From positions 161,377-225,376 of the forward strand of contig JBCBUK010000008.1 of NCBI GenBank assembly GCA_039818205.1: a stretch of DNA of 64,000 nt. Direction: 5' to 3'. Within the stretch, counting starts at the first letter, position 1. Each line of letters opens with the position of its first letter. Shown in pieces: positions 61,597 to 64,000 of this stretch. This stretch comes from Verrucomicrobiota bacterium (lineage in GTDB: Bacteria > Verrucomicrobiota > Verrucomicrobiia > Opitutales > Cerasicoccaceae). The notes below the pieces were generated by a model, which was not told the origin of the DNA, did no database searches, and saw only the letters and a program-made list of their open reading frames with translations. The position numbers and the translations under genes were made by a program.

Positions 61597-62595
61597 CTAC
61601 ACACAAACGCCATCGATCACCCGCTTATTCTGGACCGCGAATAGGCTCTTGTAGCACTCAATTAGAGCAAAGCCATGCGTCCAGGAATTATTGGGCATGT
61701 AGCGCGGTTTCAGGTCACAGCAACACCCGACCGACCAGGTGCCGATTTCGCGACCATCCAGGGCGCGCTCCGAGTGTTTTGACTCTTGGTGGGCATGGCC
61801 ACACATCGCGGTCGTTTTCGCTTTCAAATACAAGCCGCGGGCTGGATTGACGGGCGAGTAAATGCCATTCGCGAATTCGTGCCCGTGCACGATCGCGAGC
61901 TTTCCAAGCTGCAGGTGCCGCAATCGGTCAAAGGTTTTAATGCGCAGGCGCGGTAAGCGTAGTATGTTTTCAAACACAAAATCGTCGATTCCGAGCATTT
62001 CCGGGGCCTTCGATTGCATGTAAATATCGTAGCGCTCCTCGTGGTTGCCGATCTTGTAGATGATTTGGGCCCCCGGGAAGGCATCGCGAAGCATCACAAA
62101 GAACTCACGCGCCAAGTTCACCTCGGCCGAAAAGTCGCGGGCTCGGGGATCCGTTTGCCAGCGACTGATTGCGTAGAAATCAACAATATCCCCATTCAGG
62201 ATAACACAATCAACCTTGAACCGCTTCGCCTCGCGCACCGCGAGCTCTAGAATATTCTTCTCGTGGTATGGCAAATGCACGTCACCAAGGACCAAAACCC
62301 GGCTTGCGTTGACCTCGACCGGCGTCGAGTCCTCGAGCGTGTGCAAGCCATCCGGAAGCTTCGCAAATGGCGCACTGTCGTGATCGGGCGATTCGACAAC
62401 CGGCGGCATGATCTTGCGACTGGCCACCCCCTGACGACCCCGAGCGCGGCGAAGCGCCAAACTAGCCGCATTCTGATTCGGCCAAACGCCCGGGTTTTCA
62501 TTATGCATCCGCCGAGCAATCGGAGCGGTTCGGCCCTTCGGGAAACGCTGGGCGTAATCGTCGGCGATATCTTGTTTTCGAAAAGTCTTTGCCAT
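61597..62595 (-). CDS. calcineurin-like metallophosphoesterase (phage-type)
   Basis: All five motifs present: GDVH, NGDIVD, GNHE, HGH, GHAH. Basic N-terminal extension. Start placed at ATG 62595. Confidence 0.88.
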   Translation of the reverse strand: MAKTFRKQDIADDYAQRFPKGRTAPIARRMHNENPGVWPNQNAASLALRRARGRQGVASRKIMPPVVESPDHDSAPFAKLPDGLHTLEDSTPVEVNASRVLVLGDVHLPYHEKNILELAVREAKRFKVDCVILNGDIVDFYAISRWQTDPRARDFSAEVNLAREFFVMLRDAFPGAQIIYKIGNHEERYDIYMQSKAPEMLGIDDFVFENILRLPRLRIKTFDRLRHLQLGKLAIVHGHEFANGIYSPVNPARGLYLKAKTTAMCGHAHQESKHSERALDGREIGTWSVGCCCDLKPRYMPNNSWTHGFALIECYKSLFAVQNKRVIDGVCV

Positions 62596-62778
62596 AACTA
62601 CCAGATTTGCAGAACAGCGCGGATCATTTGGCAGCCATGCCAAGCGCTCATTCCTAGGTTTGATATAAAAGCGCGCAATTGCAGACGGGCCCGCGTGTCA
62701 TACTCCCGCGAACAATCACGGTGCAAAGTCGCATTAGCGAACCGATCCCCGGCGCATATTCTTTCCGCCCGATCGGTA

Positions 62779-63003
62779 TCATTTTCGCGATGGCCGATTC
62801 TTTTCACGGAGCGCCCGGATTTGCAGATAAAGCGTAATGCCGCCGGTAATGATACCGATCAGCAGGGTAATAATCGTCAGAACGTTGATCGTGTGTTCCA
62901 TGAAAGAGTAAACGCCGCCACTGGTTGCGAGAAACGACCCCACCCAACCCACGGACGGCTTGCGCTCAAACAGGATCGTCAGGTATTGAAAAACGAAGTT
63001 CAT
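62779..63003 (-). CDS. small membrane protein, holin-like
   Basis: 74 aa with 1-2 TMs and a strongly basic C-tail (RALREKNRPSRK). ATG overlaps the upstream TGA. Confidence 0.6.
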   Translation of the reverse strand: MNFVFQYLTILFERKPSVGWVGSFLATSGGVYSFMEHTINVLTIITLLIGIITGGITLYLQIRALREKNRPSRK

Positions 63004-63176
63004 TTGGACTTCCCCCTCGCCCACCAGGCAATTGCCAGCGCAGCGATCGTTTGCATTTCTTCCCAAGGGGTAAACGGTGCCACCCGATCAAGGGCGATAC
63101 AGTACGCATTGTAGGCGAGCATCAGCCCAAGGACCAACACCCCCAACAATGCGACACTGAATGCCCGATTACCCAT
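63000..63176 (-). CDS. small 2-TM membrane protein, holin-like (not in the ORF track)
   Basis: Hand translation gives MGNRAFSVALLGVLVLGLMLAYNAYCIALDRVAPFTPWEEMQTIAALAIAWWARGKSK (58 aa). It overlaps both neighbours. Confidence 0.65.
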   Translation of the reverse strand: MGNRAFSVALLGVLVLGLMLAYNAYCIALDRVAPFTPWEEMQTIAALAIAWWARGKSK

Positions 63177-63873
63177 CTTCCCTTGGAGCGGTCAGTGTAT
63201 ATTCTTCTTGAGTACCGTCGAAGGTCTGCACGGTGATGTCTCGAACAAGGTCGGTTGCATTGGAAGCCAGACCCCAAGGCGACGCGTCGATAACCCGTCC
63301 GGCGATCTCTTTCAGTCCGTCGGTCGTTGTGGCCACGATATCGACAACCATGCCCACACGGGCTTGATAAATCATTTGCCTCGTCTGGCCCTCGATTTGG
63401 AAAAGTTGTCCGACCCCTTCGAGCTCGGCTTGTCTAAGTCCCGTGTTGGCGTTGATTTGTCCAGCGAGATCTCGACCCGATGATTCACCAAGACTTTTGA
63501 CGACGATTCCTGCTCCAACCGGAGCGTCGAGAACTGTATTTTTATCGACCCCGAGAGATTGGGATCGGTTAACATATAGTTCAGCGTCTCCAAGTCCGCT
63601 TGGGGCAAACGAGGAAGAGAATTCAGTGCGGTTTTGGATTCCGGCGAGAGTGGGACCGTCAGGGCCGTCTGAAATGACTGCCTGCCACTCATTGAGGAAG
63701 TCTCGCCCCTGTTTGTCCCGCTCCTCGGAACCTAATTGATTCGTCGCCCGGTCGACATTCTTAGCAGCTGCAACGGTATCAGCGTCTAGCGTTTGACGAC
63801 CCGATTCACAACCCGCGAAACAAAGCGCCAGCAATGCTACCAACGCGCAATTTAACAATGTAATATTTCTCAT
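63169..63873 (-). CDS. putative lipoprotein
   Basis: MRNITLLNCALVALLALCFAG-C lipobox. AGGAAAG lies upstream of ATG 63873. Confidence 0.72.
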   Translation of the reverse strand: MRNITLLNCALVALLALCFAGCESGRQTLDADTVAAAKNVDRATNQLGSEERDKQGRDFLNEWQAVISDGPDGPTLAGIQNRTEFSSSFAPSGLGDAELYVNRSQSLGVDKNTVLDAPVGAGIVVKSLGESSGRDLAGQINANTGLRQAELEGVGQLFQIEGQTRQMIYQARVGMVVDIVATTTDGLKEIAGRVIDASPWGLASNATDLVRDITVQTFDGTQEEYTLTAPREDG

Positions 63874-63874
63874 G

Positions 63875-64000
63875 TTATCTTTCCTGTTCGTTTTCATGTT
63901 CACAAAGTAAGCTGATCATCTCAAAGGGCACCTCGCCCGCGCTGATCATGCGCTCGAGTCGTCTAAGGACTTTTTGAGGCGGACTTCCATCAAAGCCGGT
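63875..64000 (-). CDS. C-terminus of an unknown protein truncated by the window end
   Basis: Open frame ...TGFDGSPPQKVLRRLERMISAGEVPFEMISLLCEHENEQER* ends 1 nt before the lipoprotein start. Confidence 0.5.
   Translation of the reverse strand, partial: TGFDGSPPQKVLRRLERMISAGEVPFEMISLLCEHENEQER

Larger units (their letters stand above)
61532..64000. mobile_element. probable prophage/integrative element edge inserted at tRNA-Val
   Basis: Abrupt switch to tightly coupled minus-strand small ORFs of phage-like character directly after a tRNA 3' end. No integrase is visible in the window. Confidence 0.6.

Noticed and set aside
62598..62807. 69-aa minus ORF (or an alternative 42-aa ORF starting at the ATGA overlap at 62782)
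   Set aside because: Cannot decide between frames and neither has motifs. The region may be non-coding.
62263..63114. 283-aa + strand ORF in the putative prophage
   Set aside because: Antisense to a coherent, translationally coupled minus-strand gene set, with Arg-rich shadow-ORF composition.

Overview
Gene-dense bacterial chromosome window. It is probably Verrucomicrobiota (Opitutales-like), inferred from lineage-typical protein families rather than a marker gene. From left to right: (1) 1-9.5 kb housekeeping genes (mutY fragment, Nif3, aroQ, pgsA-pgpA, coaD, DUF1015, TauE/SafE, thiC with a clear TPP riboswitch, thioesterase). (2) 9.5-31.9 kb surface-polysaccharide locus: a divergent priming polyprenyl-phosphate sugar transferase plus a ~22-gene operon headed by GbsR/MarR and NusG/RfaH-type regulators, encoding Wzm/Wzt, a Wzy/ligase-like membrane protein, 12 glycosyltransferases, 3 methyltransferases and 2 acetyltransferases. 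(3) cysI, tsaD and a MidA-type methyltransferase. (4) 36-40 kb minor-pilin cassette whose 746-aa PilX-like member has a C-terminal domain that, from my recollection, resembles cyanobacterial HpsA. (5) 40-61 kb mixed genes (carotenoid desaturase, YicC, TerB, ComEC, PrsW, CoaC, orphan histidine kinase, OppA, a 'DPxAAxxW' solenoid repeat protein, secreted hydrolase, SNF2 helicase, PhnP-like MBL, SDR, recN). (6) tRNA-Val(GAC) at 61455-61531, followed by what looks like the edge of an integrated prophage (metallophosphoesterase, two small holin-like membrane ORFs, lipoprotein) running off the window. The best candidates for novelty are the HpsA-like pilin cassette next to the large glycan locus, the GbsR+RfaH double regulation of that locus, and the tRNA-Val-integrated element. 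All calls are by eye from motifs; no searches were run.
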